Origin: Auanema rhodensis
Lineage: Eukaryota > Animalia > Nematoda
NCBI GenBank assembly: GCA_964057225.1
Contig: OZ059896.1
Location: forward strand, 12,338,001-12,402,000
Length of the DNA stretch: 64,000 bases
Direction of reading: 5' to 3'
Positions 25,565 to 38,230 of the stretch are shown in pieces (within the stretch, counting starts at the first letter, position 1; each line of letters opens with the position of its first letter). Position numbers and translations under genes: made by a program. The notes beneath the pieces are model-generated. The model was not told the origin of the DNA, ran no database searches, and saw nothing but the letters and a program-made list of their open reading frames with translations.

Positions 25565-26891
25565 AAAATACTGAAAAGTTTTTCAACGTCCCCATTGATA
25601 GAATATTCTGGTTCAGTCAATATGTGTCATCGTCAGGTGTACCAATAAATGATGAGCGTTTAATAATTATTCAAGAGCCGCCTGATCCTGATTTAAAAGA
25701 CGAACAAAAGGGAGTAAATACTAGTGCTGGATGATTTGAACTTTTTTTCATCGAATAAAGCAGCAAAGGAATTACTCAACAACATTTTCACAGTATCGGC
25801 TCATCACTGGGCGTATGATGGTGCAATGCCTACTCCCATCATTCATTTACTGATTGACAATCATCCTTTGACAAGTGAGAAGCAGCGTATACTATCTGAT
25901 ATAACAGCGGAGAACCCTATTGTTTATATAGCCAGAAATGTGTTTAGTGTTTAAAGTGCATGTTCAATGAGTGGTCGTATTTTGTCAATTTTCAACTTTT
26001 TGTCTTCTTGCGCCAAAACTCCTTGTTCTGTTTCCTCATTTTCTTCCGCACAAAAGGATCAGGTGGAAAAACTTGTCAGTATTTTTACATATACGTTTTA
26101 TAAGGGGAGTTTTACCACATTGCGTAGCCCTTATTACAGTTGTCTGACTGGGTAGTGTGAAGCTGAAAACCATAATGAACCACTTGTAAATGTACCTATA
26201 ATGCAAATGATTTTATTTATACTAGTGTGCATCAGGTGGTGGTCTGTGATGGATGATTTTTACATTACTTTGCCGTCACCAGTTGACTTTGAAAAAAGTA
26301 ATACCTCATCAGTGTTTCTTACCAGGTTACCTGAAACATTAAGGCTACGAAATAATAGATATTTCATTGGGCTGACAGACATAATTTTTCCTTGTTCGAT
26401 ATTAAACGTCCGAGAAAATCTTTCTTATACACTACGTTTTTCTAACAGAAAGTTTATTCTGCACTTGCCCAAAGGCAACTATGCAAATGATGATGAAATA
26501 ATAAGCGGAATCAATGCTGGAAAAGAACAATTCATCGCTAGCAGCACTAAATCTCTTGGAGCTGAGGAAGAAGCACGTATAAAGGGTTTGATTGATAAGG
26601 ATAAGGATGTGAAAAAGTGGTATAATAATCGCCACAAGTAAGCGGCTATTATTGAATGCAACACTCGGTGATGCTCTCGCTTATTTTCTTGGCTTTGAGA
26701 ATAAAATTATCAACGATACGTTAATAGCCATGCGCCCCATTGATTTTTCAAATAACATTAATACAATATATATATATATATATATTGTGATATTGTAGAA
26801 TATTCCATTCTCGGTAATGTGAAAGCCAACTTACTTGCATGTTTACCTGTACCGCCTCCCACTGAATTTTTAATTGCGCCATTTCTGAGCG

Positions 26892-28572
26892 AAATGGCGC
26901 AATTAAAGACGGATTTGTTGATCGTTTAAAGCGTTGGCGTGAAGAATCCATGTGATTATTCAGATAACTTGTCAGATCCTATAGAGAATATGCCTGCGGA
27001 TAATCAATAAACGAGACTAGAGTCTCAGTAGTGGATTCAAAAATTGGTGAAGAAAAACAAGATTGAGTTGAAGTAGGTGCCGAGGTGTTGCCTAACACAA
27101 ATGCTGTTTCTAGACTTGATATTAGCAGTGTTTGATCTCCAAGTATTCTATATAAAGGTCCCATACGTGTGTATTGACATGGTTCGGAGTGTGCGCGGTT
27201 TCCAAACTACTGAACCATCTCCAAATGTACAGCTTCCCATTTGAGCTTCACAGCCTACAGCGTTGCCAATTAAGTCAGATACAATAGTATTGTCCTTTAA
27301 ATTTGTAATAACTCCTTGCTCCATCACAAATTGAGTTAGGTTGGCACATTGAGTAAAACTGAAGGAACGTTCCGGCTCATATACTGGCTTAGGAGTTTCA
27401 TATGTAAGTGGATTAGGGCTCAACAGTTTTTTATTTTTCCATTTCTTGTCTCGAGCAGCCATACAGCATTCTTCCACAGATACATATCCATTACCAATAA
27501 TGGTGTCATTGCTTTCTCGGAACCAAAATTGATCCGTTACACAGAATCGATAGATGCGTGTATAACATTTCCACGCTTCCCATGTTACGACGGTTTGTTT
27601 AGGTATAAAGAATTTAATGTTAACTTGATGAGCTTGTTGAATTGCTTTTCGTTGGCATCCTGTTATCTCTGGTGGTGTTATCAAAATTCCTCCTTTGTGA
27701 GCGAAACATAATTGGTATGAAGCATTCACAGTTGGAAGAAAAAATGTGCAGATTATTGTTGTGAGCATGAATGGTAATGCAATAGTATTTATATTGAATT
27801 GAGGTTTCCATCGTCTTTGATTGTCTTGATTCTCTTTTGGATACTTGTCTCTATTTTCTCTTGGACAGTTGTCTCTATTTTCTCTTGGACAGTTGTCTCT
27901 ATTTTCTCTTAGGTAGTTGTCTCCTCAAGATTCTCTTGGATAGTTGTTGCGATTATTCCTAGAAAAGTTGTCCCGATTTTCTCTTGGATAATTGTTGCGA
28001 GGTTCTCTCGTATGATGATGACTCTCCATTGAGTAGTTGTTTCCATAATTTTGTCGAGGGCCAGAATTCCTGTTGAACTTATTTTTGAAACTCTTCCAAG
28101 GATTTCTTGAATTGTTGCCATTGTTCCGTTCAAAATCTCGTGGCTGTTGATGGCTTCTTTGGTTCCTAATTTTGTTCATGGTGATCTTCTGAACTGCAGA
28201 AATCAACTCTTGCATGGTAGAGTTTTCTTCATGCTGTTTCCTATAATTAGCACGAATTGCTTCTTCAAAACGTGCTGTTCTCTTGGCTTCCTCATAAGTT
28301 TTTGGGTCTTTTCCTTGAACAATTATGCCTGAATCGGCATTCAATCTATTTAAGAAAGCTGATCTTAATATGAGCTCTCTTTCTCAATCGGTAGGGTTGT
28401 GAAACGAGTTCCTTCCAAGGCCCTCGTTCACGAATTTCCGAATAAATGGAGTTACATGCCGAGATGGCACAATCATTTTGTTGGAGCAGTAGAGGAAGGA
28501 GAAAAATTCTTTCGATTACCGAAAGTCCAGCAGCGTTTGCGAATCGGTTGAATATATCGATGTAAGATTGCA
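26892..28572 (-). pseudogene. Gypsy gag-env fragment, array copy 3
   Basis: Identical ORFs. Confidence 0.75.
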
Positions 28573-28791
28573 AGCTTCGACTACCATTTTTCAGAGTCAA
28601 CTGATTATGGAAGAGTGATGTAAAAATCATCGACAAACCACCACTTGATACGTGTATACTATTGCAAATGAAATTATTTGCATTTTAGGTACATGTACAA
28701 GTGGTTGATTAAGGTTTTCAGCTTCAAACTACCAGTCAGACAACTGTAATAGGTGCTACCCAATGCGTTAAAACAACCCTCATAAAGCATA

Positions 28792-30145
28792 CACTCGTGG
28801 CCATAAATTCTCGGCAGGTGGTGCCTCGACGAAAAAAAAAAATATTTATATCTTGAGTTAGGGAGCATGAATTTTGATAATTATTTCGCTGAATTGTAGA
28901 CAAAACCTTACTTTATCATTTAAGAACATGACAAGGGTTTTTTTTGTTTCTGAAGATCTAAGAAAATCAGTTCTACAATCACATGCATCTGGCATGACCC
29001 AAGTTGCTGTTGGACGTCTTCTGGGTGTCCCAAGGTCTACAGTAGGAGATATCGTCAGGAAAGGACATTCTAGAGATGACGGAAGACTACAGAATCAAGG
29101 AAGACCAAGATATACCACAGAACGAGAAAACAATGTGATAAGAAGGTTGGCTGTCATTAATCCCTTCACGACGTCTCAGGAAATCCGTGAATAGCTGAAG
29201 TTGCTAAAGCCCAACGTTTGCTCCGCTAGGACAATCCGTACCAGGTTGTTCGCACAAGGGTTACGTTCCCACTCCTCGGCCAAAAAACCTCTACTTTCTA
29301 TGAGGAACGTCAAAAAGCGTCTGGAATTCGCTATGGAGCACGTGAACTGGACCCAGGAGCAATGGAAGAAATGCATCTGGACGGATGAATGCAAGTTCAT
29401 GTTGGCTGGGAATGGTGGAGCAAGGAGAGTCAGACGTCCCACTGGCTTCTGGTACATAGAAGATACACGACTGGCACCACCAAGTTTGGTGAAGGCACAG
29501 TGATGGTGTGGGGAGCCTTCACGTCATCTGAAGTTGGTCCCTTGCGCCAAATATCCCAAAATTTTGTAGAGGATTTATCTATCAGCAGGATAACGACCCA
29601 AAACACACGTCACGTGTTGCCAAGGAGTGGATGGCTAGTAACGGGGTGACGCTGATGAACTGGCCTCCACAGAGCCCTGACCTCAACCCGATTGAAAATT
29701 TGTGCTCGATATTGAAGTGAAGGGTCAGAGGAACGAACTGCAAGAAAATGGATGAAAAAATGAAGATCCTGAGGGAAACCTGGAAGAAATTGCCACGAAG
29801 ACTTCTGGAAAAACTAGTTGCATCAATGCCACAAAGATGCAAAGCGGTGATTGAAGCTAGAGGACATGGGAAACGATATTAAGTATTTTTTTAGTTTCTT
29901 AATAGTTCAAAGTATTGTTTTTACTATTTTTATTCGGAAAATATTTTTTATGATTTTTTGAAATTTTAAAATTTTTTGGTTATCTGTTCATATTCCATAA
30001 ATCATTCTAATGAAAATTTTGGACTTAAAACGTGGAGAAAACCTATTGAAGTTGGAGAATAAAGTTCAAAACAGTTAAATGAAGTAGATTAAACTCGAAT
30101 AATTGTGAAAGTTTTGGGGGTGCCGAGAATTTATAGCCACGAGTG
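28792..30145 (+). mobile_element. Tc1-B, array copy 4
   Basis: Same TIRs and lesions. Confidence 0.95.
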
Positions 30146-30829
30146 AAAATACTGAAAAGTTTTTCAACGTCCCCATTGATAGAATATTCTGGTTCAGTCA
30201 ATATGTGTCATCGTCAGGTGTACCAATAAATGATGAGCGTTTAATAATTATTCAAGAGCCGCCTGATCCTGATTTAAAAGACGAACAAAAGGGAGTAAAT
30301 ACTAGTGCTGGATGATTTGAACTTTTTTTCATCGAATAAAGCAGCAAAGGAATTACTCAACAACATTTTCACAGTATCGGCTCATCACTGGGCGTATGAT
30401 GGTGCAATGCCTACTCCCATCATTCATTTACTGATTGACAATCATCCTTTGACAAGTGAGAAGCAGCGTATACTATCTGATATAACAGCGGAGAACCCTA
30501 TTGTTTATATAGCCAGAAATGTGTTTAGTGTTTAAAGTGCATGTTCAATGAGTGGTCGTATTTTGTCAATTTTCAACTTTTTGTCTTCTTGCGCCAAAAC
30601 TCCTTGTTCTGTTTCCTCATTTTCTTCCGCACAAAAGGATCAGGTGGAAAAACTTGTCAGTATTTTTACATATACGTTTTATAAGGGGAGTTTTACCACA
30701 TTGCGTAGCCCTTATTACAGTTGTCTGACTGGGTAGTGTGAAGCTGAAAACCATAATGAACCACTTGTAAATGTACCTATAATGCAAATGATTTTATTTA
30801 TACTAGTGTGCATCAGGTGGTGGTCTGTG

Positions 30830-31617
30830 ATGGATGATTTTTACATTACTTTGCCGTCACCAGTTGACTTTGAAAAAAGTAATACCTCATCAGTGTTTCT
30901 TACCAGGTTACCTGAAACATTAAGGCTACGCAATAAGAGATATTTCATTGGGCTGACAGACATAATTTTTCCTTGTTCGATATTAAACGTCCGAGAAAAT
31001 CTTTCTTATACACTACGTTTTTCTAACAGAAAGTTTATTCTGCACTTGCCCAAAGGCAACTATGCAAATGATGATGAAATAATAAGCGGAATCAATGCTG
31101 GAAAAGAACAATTCATCGCTAGCAGCACTAAATCTCTTGGAGCTGAGGAAGAAGCACGTATAAAGGGTTTGATTGATAAGGATAAGGATGTGAAAAAGTG
31201 GTATAATAATCGCCACAAGTAAGCGGCTATTATTGAATGCAACACTCGGTGATGCTCTCGCTTATTTTCTTGGCTTTGAGAATAAAATTATCAACGATAC
31301 GTTAATAGCCATGCGCCCCATTGATTTTTCAAATAACATTAATACAATATATATATATATATATATATATATTGTGATATTGTAGAATATTCCATTCTCG
31401 GTAATGTGAAAGCCAACTTACTTGCATGTTTACCTGTACCGCCTCCCACTGAATTTGGTAAAATGATTGTCAAAACATTTAATCCTATTCGTTATGTACC
31501 AATCACTAAGCAAACACTCGATACTATACGTATTGAAATTTTAGATAAATTTGGTCCCCTATGCAATTTAATTATGGTTCTATAGTTGTTACATTACATG
31601 TTAAAATTGTGAAATAA
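30830..31617 (+). pseudogene. Maverick penton with both termini, internally deleted
   Basis: Runs from MDDFYITLPS to MQFNYGSIVVTLHVKIVK*. Stop at 31220 and a deletion relative to 46511-47320. Confidence 0.82.
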
Positions 31618-32108
31618 ACGTTTTCAACAGTTAAACAATACCACATTTTTATTTTCGAAGGTGTAAAAGATAGTTCAGCGCCGTTTTGTTCAATGCTCGG
31701 CTCGTGTTGTGAATATTCTCGGTTACTATTGCAGCGGCATCGTTTTGGTTGGGTTGACTGTACAAACTCCTCAGTTTTTTCAGAGTGTTCGCTGGTATCA
31801 TTTCCATCACTATCTTTACCATTCGTTCCATTACTATTATGAAGACGCCGGATATGACGCTGACAATTGAATCTTGTTCCAAAAGTTTCACTACAACAAG
31901 GGCACAAACGTCTACGAACACCATCCAAATGTCCATATTTTTGAATAAAGTCAGCATTGCTGATATAACTGTTACATACGGGTTGAATCCCGTCATGCTT
32001 TTCCAATACGTGTTCACTAAAAGGCTCAGTTGATGAAAATATTTCCTTGCACGTAACACAATACTTGTTACATAAAAGTTCCATTAGAGGAAAATAAAAA
32101 ACAACCAC
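31572..32108 (-). CDS. C2H2 zinc-finger protein (Maverick accessory/cargo)
   Basis: CVTC..F....F.EH...KH and CPCC..F....C.RH...LH. Lies between the penton and the capsid operon. Confidence 0.65.
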   Translation of the reverse strand: MVVFYFPLMELLCNKYCVTCKEIFSSTEPFSEHVLEKHDGIQPVCNSYISNADFIQKYGHLDGVRRRLCPCCSETFGTRFNCQRHIRRLHNSNGTNGKDSDGNDTSEHSEKTEEFVQSTQPKRCRCNSNREYSQHEPSIEQNGAELSFTPSKIKMWYCLTVENVYFTILTCNVTTIEP

Positions 32109-32401
32109 TCACAGTCAAATCAGTTTTATATAATGAGTGGAATGATGACTAGTGTTGTACAAAAGCCTAGTCCCAGAGATATTTCTTTAATGAATGGCAT
32201 TGAAATACGTATCAAAATCTTTTTGTACAGGGGTGTTGGTACAGATTGTTCCAACGTGTATCTTACACATAATTCACAGTGACAGGGAATATTCATAACT
32301 GACCACCTAATGTAGCAGGTGACGTTTTAATGGCGAGTTGATAATATGCTAGATACTAGGTTCAATATGCCACACCTTCTTCTAGACTTAAACTCAATTC
32401 A

Positions 32402-32770
32402 ATGGACAACACTTTTGAATCTACAAATGGAGCGCCATTTAGTGGAATGATGTTTCAACGTGGTATGCAGAGAGGTCATGGCCTGGACGGTATATTAAAA
32501 ACTTTAGCATCGTTTTTACCTCACATTATTCAATCACCTATAGCCCATAATCTCATCAACGGAAGAAACGTCTTATCCAGTGCTGTAAGGACTAGTCCAG
32601 TTGTAAATTCACCTCTTGGCGGCCAGTTGCTAAAAACTAGCAATGAAATTGTTGATGGGTGCTCAAAAGCGATAATATCAAGCAAACTCTTAAAACAGCC
32701 GGCCGGCAGGCTATTCGAGATCTTACCGGCTTGGGCAAAAATAAGCTGCGGCGTCGGCATTAGGTGTTGA
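32402..32770 (+). pseudogene. Maverick small structural protein (PW/core-like)
   Basis: FQRG.QRGHGL.GI...LA..LP glycine/amphipathic motif directly upstream of the major capsid. Confidence 0.6.
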
Positions 32771-32774
32771 ATCC

Positions 32775-33434
32775 ACTCGTACTGTACAAATTCCCTTAAA
32801 AAATACTTTTCTTCCTCAAGGATCATTGGAATTTGTTATAGCCCAAAAATTCCAAATCATTTCTTAATCTGAGAAGGTGTTGGTTGAATGTTAAATTCAG
32901 AACGGCGATCCAGTACCATACAACCTTGTTTTTGCACCATGCCAACAATCCAGTTCTAATAAACTCGTATCATTTAAAAATTGGTGATGTTAGCGTGTAT
33001 GACTCTACCGTAAATCATGCCTACAAAACATATATTGAGAATATTCTAATGTATAGTAACGATGTTAAAGAGAGCAAACATGCCATATCAGGCTATTATG
33101 CGGATGAATATATAGATAATGCAGCCAGTCCTGGATTTAGAACGCGTCAAGCGCTGGTATGACATATTGTGTGAGATGGCTGCTCCCGTCAGTATCGACC
33201 TATTTAATCAAGAGCGACTGTTTGTAAACTATTCAAAAATAGAGCTAACTGCATATCCAAACCGTGATAACTTTTTAATTGACACTCTAGGCTGGAATAA
33301 TGAAAACAAGGATACTACATTAAAGGAGGAGTTTCCAAATTTGAAAGTAGATATCAACAATGTACATTTGCTCATTCAAGAGTTTGATCTAAACGCTGGA
33401 TTAGCTATGGCTATAGAAGATAAACTCGCAAAGG
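32775..33434 (+). pseudogene. Maverick major capsid protein, N-terminal part
   Basis: HAYKTYIENILMYS..KES...SGYY.D; IDLFNQERLFVN..IEL..YPN. Frameshifted. Confidence 0.8.
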
Positions 33435-33599
33435 ATCCATTTTGGATATGGCACCGAGTTGCCTCTTTAACAAGGTTGTATTGGTTTTTAAAACCAATTT
33501 GTGTGGTCTAACGTCTGAAAATTATAAAATTATTTAACAAGTCAAAGTTCGTACTTACTCCCTTTGAAGAGGCAACTCGGTGCCATATCCACAATGGAT
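33435..33599. mobile_element. Small inverted-repeat element (MITE-like)
   Basis: ATCCATT(T/G)TGGATATGGCACCGAGTTGCCTCTT and its reverse complement flank ~100 nt. No clear TSD. Confidence 0.65.
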
Positions 33600-33747
33600 A
33601 TGACAAAAAGTACTAAAGTATTGTAGTATCTTTCTCATGCTTTAAATGTTCTTTACAACACAACTAGTATATAAGCAAAAATTGTTATGATGATAACCAC
33701 AATAAATCTAATCCTATCTTTCTGTGTTATATCTTAGTTCACACAAT

Positions 33748-33760
33748 TGGCGACCACGAA
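33748..33760 (+). promoter_or_regulatory. Primer-binding site (tRNA-Arg)
   Basis: TGGCGACCACGAA, 2 nt after the LTR-terminal CA; complementary to a tRNA-Arg 3' end (..TTCGTGGTCGCCA). Confidence 0.75.
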
Positions 33761-33824
33761 TACGGAAAGTAGATCTACATCTATCTGTTCCACATTCACT
33801 TAACCTTTTCCACTCCATCAAAAC

Positions 33825-34659
33825 ATGGAGGAATTCAACATGGAGGAATACGAGTACACTGACACTACTCTCTCTATCATCAAAGAATTATTGAATGATA
33901 AGATAACGATGCTAGACGAAATCGACGACGATTCTATAGAAGCAAGCTCTATTAATACTCTCAAGAAAAAGTCAATAGAAACAAAGCGCATACGAACGTC
34001 ACTCACCCAGCACACTGAGAAACTGGACAATGAAGGAATGGCAAGCGGAATTGTCTCAAGGAAATCAAGAATACAAGGAAACTTTCCGTAAGCTCAACGG
34101 TAAGTTTGATACCGTTTTTGATATCTATCGCTCTTCTACTGAAGCCATAGAAGCTATGGGATGTTTCCAAAACATCCTCAAATCTGAACTTGAGAAAAGG
34201 CATTCTTTTAGCCGCCATAACTCTCAAGAAAATATCTTTAATAATACCATTCCATCCAATTTTCCTACTTACAGTAACCCTCAACCACTTACCTTGAACA
34301 TTAATACTTTTTCCGGTGAAAGCAATCTATGGCATACTTTTTGGTCTGAATTTAATAATCTTGTTCATTCCGACGGTCGGTTCTCTCCCATGACCAAATG
34401 CACATATTTGCGTTCTTTTCTTAAAGGAGAAGCTCTCCAACACATCCAAACCATCCGTTATCAAGCGGAATTCTACAATACCGCTGTTGAAACTCTTCAA
34501 CAAATTTATGGTAACAATGAGGAGACTCTTTTGACCATGTTCAATCAAATTAAAAACTACCGCACTCTTCAGAACCATACCATAAAAGACCTTTTCTTCA
34601 TACTCATATTTATTGCAGCGCTTTCTCGCTTTAAAAAGCATCAACCACAATGCAAATAA
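33825..34659 (+). pseudogene. BEL/Pao gag (DUF1759-like)
   Basis: FSGE..W.TFW.EF..LVH.....KC.YLRS.LKGEA......Y..A...L...YG. Confidence 0.85.
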
Positions 34660-34699
34660 TACCTCTATAGGTATAGATTTCATGCGCGCTTTATCAATC

Positions 34700-37600
34700 A
34701 AAATAAAACAAAAAAAAAACTTTTTCTATTATTCAAGCCATATCTAAAAAATCTATGTGTTCTTCACTCAAATACATTCCTCTTCCTCTCTCACATTCTT
34801 CCATTCTCCCGTTACCTTCTTCCCGTTTAGAAAAACCAGACATCTTAATAGGTGCTGATTTCTTCTTTTAATTTTTCCTCAATAGCAAAACGGAAAAATT
34901 GAATTATGGTCTTTATTTGAGCTAAGTCCTGTTGTTTCCGGTACAACAAACGGAAATTCGATTGATATCACGTGTACCGCTGTAGATGCGGTAGAACATA
35001 ATAATACAATCGCTATTAAACAATTTTGGGAACTTGAGCAGATTGGTTTAGACGACTCTCATTCTCAAAAAGACAGAGAAGCCACTGAATTTGTTAAAAA
35101 TACAATTCAGTGGGATAGCGAGGAAAAAAGATATGCTGTTAAATGGCCATGGGTCAACGGAACTCCTCCTTCTCTAGACAGTAAGGATCAAAATCCACTG
35201 CCTACTAATTTTGGTCTTTGTCTAAGAAGATTAAAAAATATGTATATAACTCTCTCTCAGAATAAAGAGAATTTAATGCAATACCACAACATGTTCTCAG
35301 AACAAGTTGCTACAGGTATCATTGAAGAAGTGACAGTAAATCCATTTTTTAAAATTCCCGACCAATTATGTCATTATCTTCCTCATCATCCAGTCTTCAA
35401 AAGTACTACATCCGGTACTAAAATGCGGGTAGTTTACGACGCTTCTGCAAAAATGCACGGATCGTATAGCTTAAACGATCATTTACGGGGACCAGTCATG
35501 TTACCAGGCCTATGTAGCATACTACTACGGTTTTGCATGCCTCGTTTTGTAATGCTCGCTTATATAGAAAAAGCGTTCCATCAAGTATTATTGCAAGAAC
35601 AAGACAGAGATGTTTGTAGATTTTTATGGGTCAAAGATATCAATAAAAAACCTGATATTGATAATCTTATTGTCTACAGGTTCAGAGTAGTACCTTTCGG
35701 CGTAAAACCAAGTCCTTTTTTATTAGCCGTAATTATACTACATCACTTAGAACAACAGCATAATTCATTAAGCCAAGATATTTTGAAAAATCAGTATGTC
35801 GATAATGTAATGCTACCCATTACTGATTATCCAGATGCAGAATTTAAATACCAAGAATCTCGGCGAATGTTTGCTGATATAAATATGAACTTAAGGGATT
35901 TTGTTACAAACCTAGATCCTTCTTACTCCCGAAGATATTTTTAATAGCTCCCTACGGGTAATGGAAGTTACTGTTAATTCTCTCCATGCGAAATTAATAG
36001 TATCGCTGACTATAAATTCTACGATCCTTTGGGTCTAATCGCACCTATCGTAGTTCCTTATAAAATGCTTGTATAAGAAGCATGGTCAGATAAATCCAAA
36101 TGGGATGACCCTCTCCCAGACAAATTTATTTCTTCTCTGAACGAACTTACCAAATGGAACTTTTCTATCAGTATACCAAGAAAGCTTTATCATGGGTTTA
36201 ACAGTCATACACCAATACTCCACATATGTACCGATGCTAGCGCAAAGGCATACGGAGTGGCTGTATAAATACAATATGTATCAGAAGAAATAAATAATTC
36301 GGTAGGCCCTCAAAAATTTAATACTCATTTAATTTTTTCAAAAAGTAAATTATCTCCTTCTTCTAAAAAATTGACGGTTCCTCAATTGGAATTACAAGTG
36401 GTTTTTACCGCTATAACAATGGGAAAATTCGTAAAACGGTCTCTCGGGCTAGAGCGATCCATACCCACTCACATTTGATGTGGTAATAAATGCGTTCTGC
36501 AATGGATCACCTCTGACTCCGATAAAACCATCTTTGTACGCAATAGAGTACAAAAGATACGAGACGAATTCAATAAAACCATTTTTCACTATATCCCAAC
36601 TCTTAACAATCCCGCTGATCTTTTGAGCCGGGGTTGCTTACCTCAGGCATTACCGCAAGAACACTGGTTTCATTGCACATACCTGAGCGAAAATATCAGT
36701 AATGATATTTTCCCCTTTCTTCCGTCCGACAACGCATTCGTTGCCACGGACATACCCAATAATAATTTAAATCCTTCTAGTTCTCCTCTCTCTAATCTCT
36801 CTTCTATCAAGTTTTTTTTTCAACTTACCAATCGTAATATTTATTCTAATATTCATCATAAGGAAAACCAAGATTAAAAAATTGGAATTCTTACATAATT
36901 TAGATCCTAATAATCCCATCATTCATCAGTATTTTCAATTAATCCTATTTCATTTCTCGCAGCTCATGCATCCTCTTTCAACAAAGGAGATCTCATCCTT
37001 TTCATTATTCTTAGATAAGCACAATATATATCGTTGTAGCGGTAGAATCAAAACTTCTTCTCTACCTTATGATACTCTCTATCCTATTTTTTTGACAAAA
37101 GAAAATTTCATAACTACGTTATACGCTCAACACATCCATATTTTGCTTGAACACTGTTCTCCATCCACTCTAACTCAAGCGCTACAAGAAAGAATATGGA
37201 TTCCCCAAATCAGGCGTTTTTGCAAATCTATCTCACACAAATGCGAACACTGCAAAAAGCTATTCGCTAAACCGTATAATTGCCAAGTTTTGAGAGTTGA
37301 GCTTCCCTCCACCCGCATAATCCCCACTCCACCTTTTACTCATGTAGGCGTTGATTATTTAGGCCCTTTTGCTACCAAAGAAAAATTATGGATTTGCCTG
37401 TTCACCTGTCTTTCTTCTCGAACCATCCAGTGTGAACTCGTTACCTCTCTTTCGGGCCAAGAATTTTTGCATATTTTACGCCGATTTATATCAAGGAGGG
37501 GGATCCCACATTCTCTTTTGTCCAATAATGGGTTATATTTCCAATATGCTAACCGGATATTAACCGATTCTTTCGTCCCGAAATTTCACACGTCTTATCA

Positions 37601-38230
37601 CACGATAGAATGGAAATTTATAACCGAATTCGCTCCCTGGCAAGGAGGAATTTATGAAAGAATGGTAGGCATATTCGAGAAAGCACTACATCCTACAATG
37701 AACAGAAAAATATCTGAATTAATTGATCTAGATTCCTTTAAACGTTTATATATGAAGCAGGAGCTATAGTCAATTCTAGGCCTCTTTCTTATCAGACTTC
37801 AGATATTGATTCTTTCCTTATCCGACCTTGCGATTTACTTATCCCTGGTAAACCCATTTCGACATCCCCTACATTATATCCTCAATCGGTTTCCATCATT
37901 CGCACTGAAGATCAATTAGTTATAGATAATTATACATTTATTTCTAAGTTATCAGATGAATTTTGGAAATCTTGGAAATCCGATTACCTACTTTCTCTTC
38001 GTGAGCGTACCCAGCGCGAACACGATAAAACTTCAAAAATTAAGGAATTTATTCCACCCAAAGTAAACGATAAAGTGATTATTGAAGATCCCAAATTACC
38101 AAGGAATTTATGACGAACGGGGACAATTATTGAAATACCAAACACCAAAAAAGTCAAATCCGCTACGGTACAGACTTCCAACGGTAGGAAGATAAATTGA
38201 CCCATTTCGTAACTTTTCAAATTAGAGCTT
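34700..38230 (+). pseudogene. BEL/Pao pol (protease remnant, RT, RNase H, integrase)
   Basis: PDILIGAD; YLPHHPV, RVVYDAS, IEKAFHQ, FRVVPFG..SPFLL, QYVDN; NPADLLSRG; PFTHVGVDYLGP, LFTCL..R, RRFISRRG, APWQGG.YERMV. Confidence 0.92.

Larger units (their letters stand above)
12468..31456. repeat. Tandem array of a 4581-bp mosaic unit (~3.6 copies; unit starts ~12468, 19411, 23992, 28573; the first carries a hAT insertion)
   Basis: ORF sets repeat at +4589/+4581/+4581. Each unit contains Maverick ATPase/penton pieces, Tc1-B and a Gypsy gag-env fragment. Confidence 0.97.
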
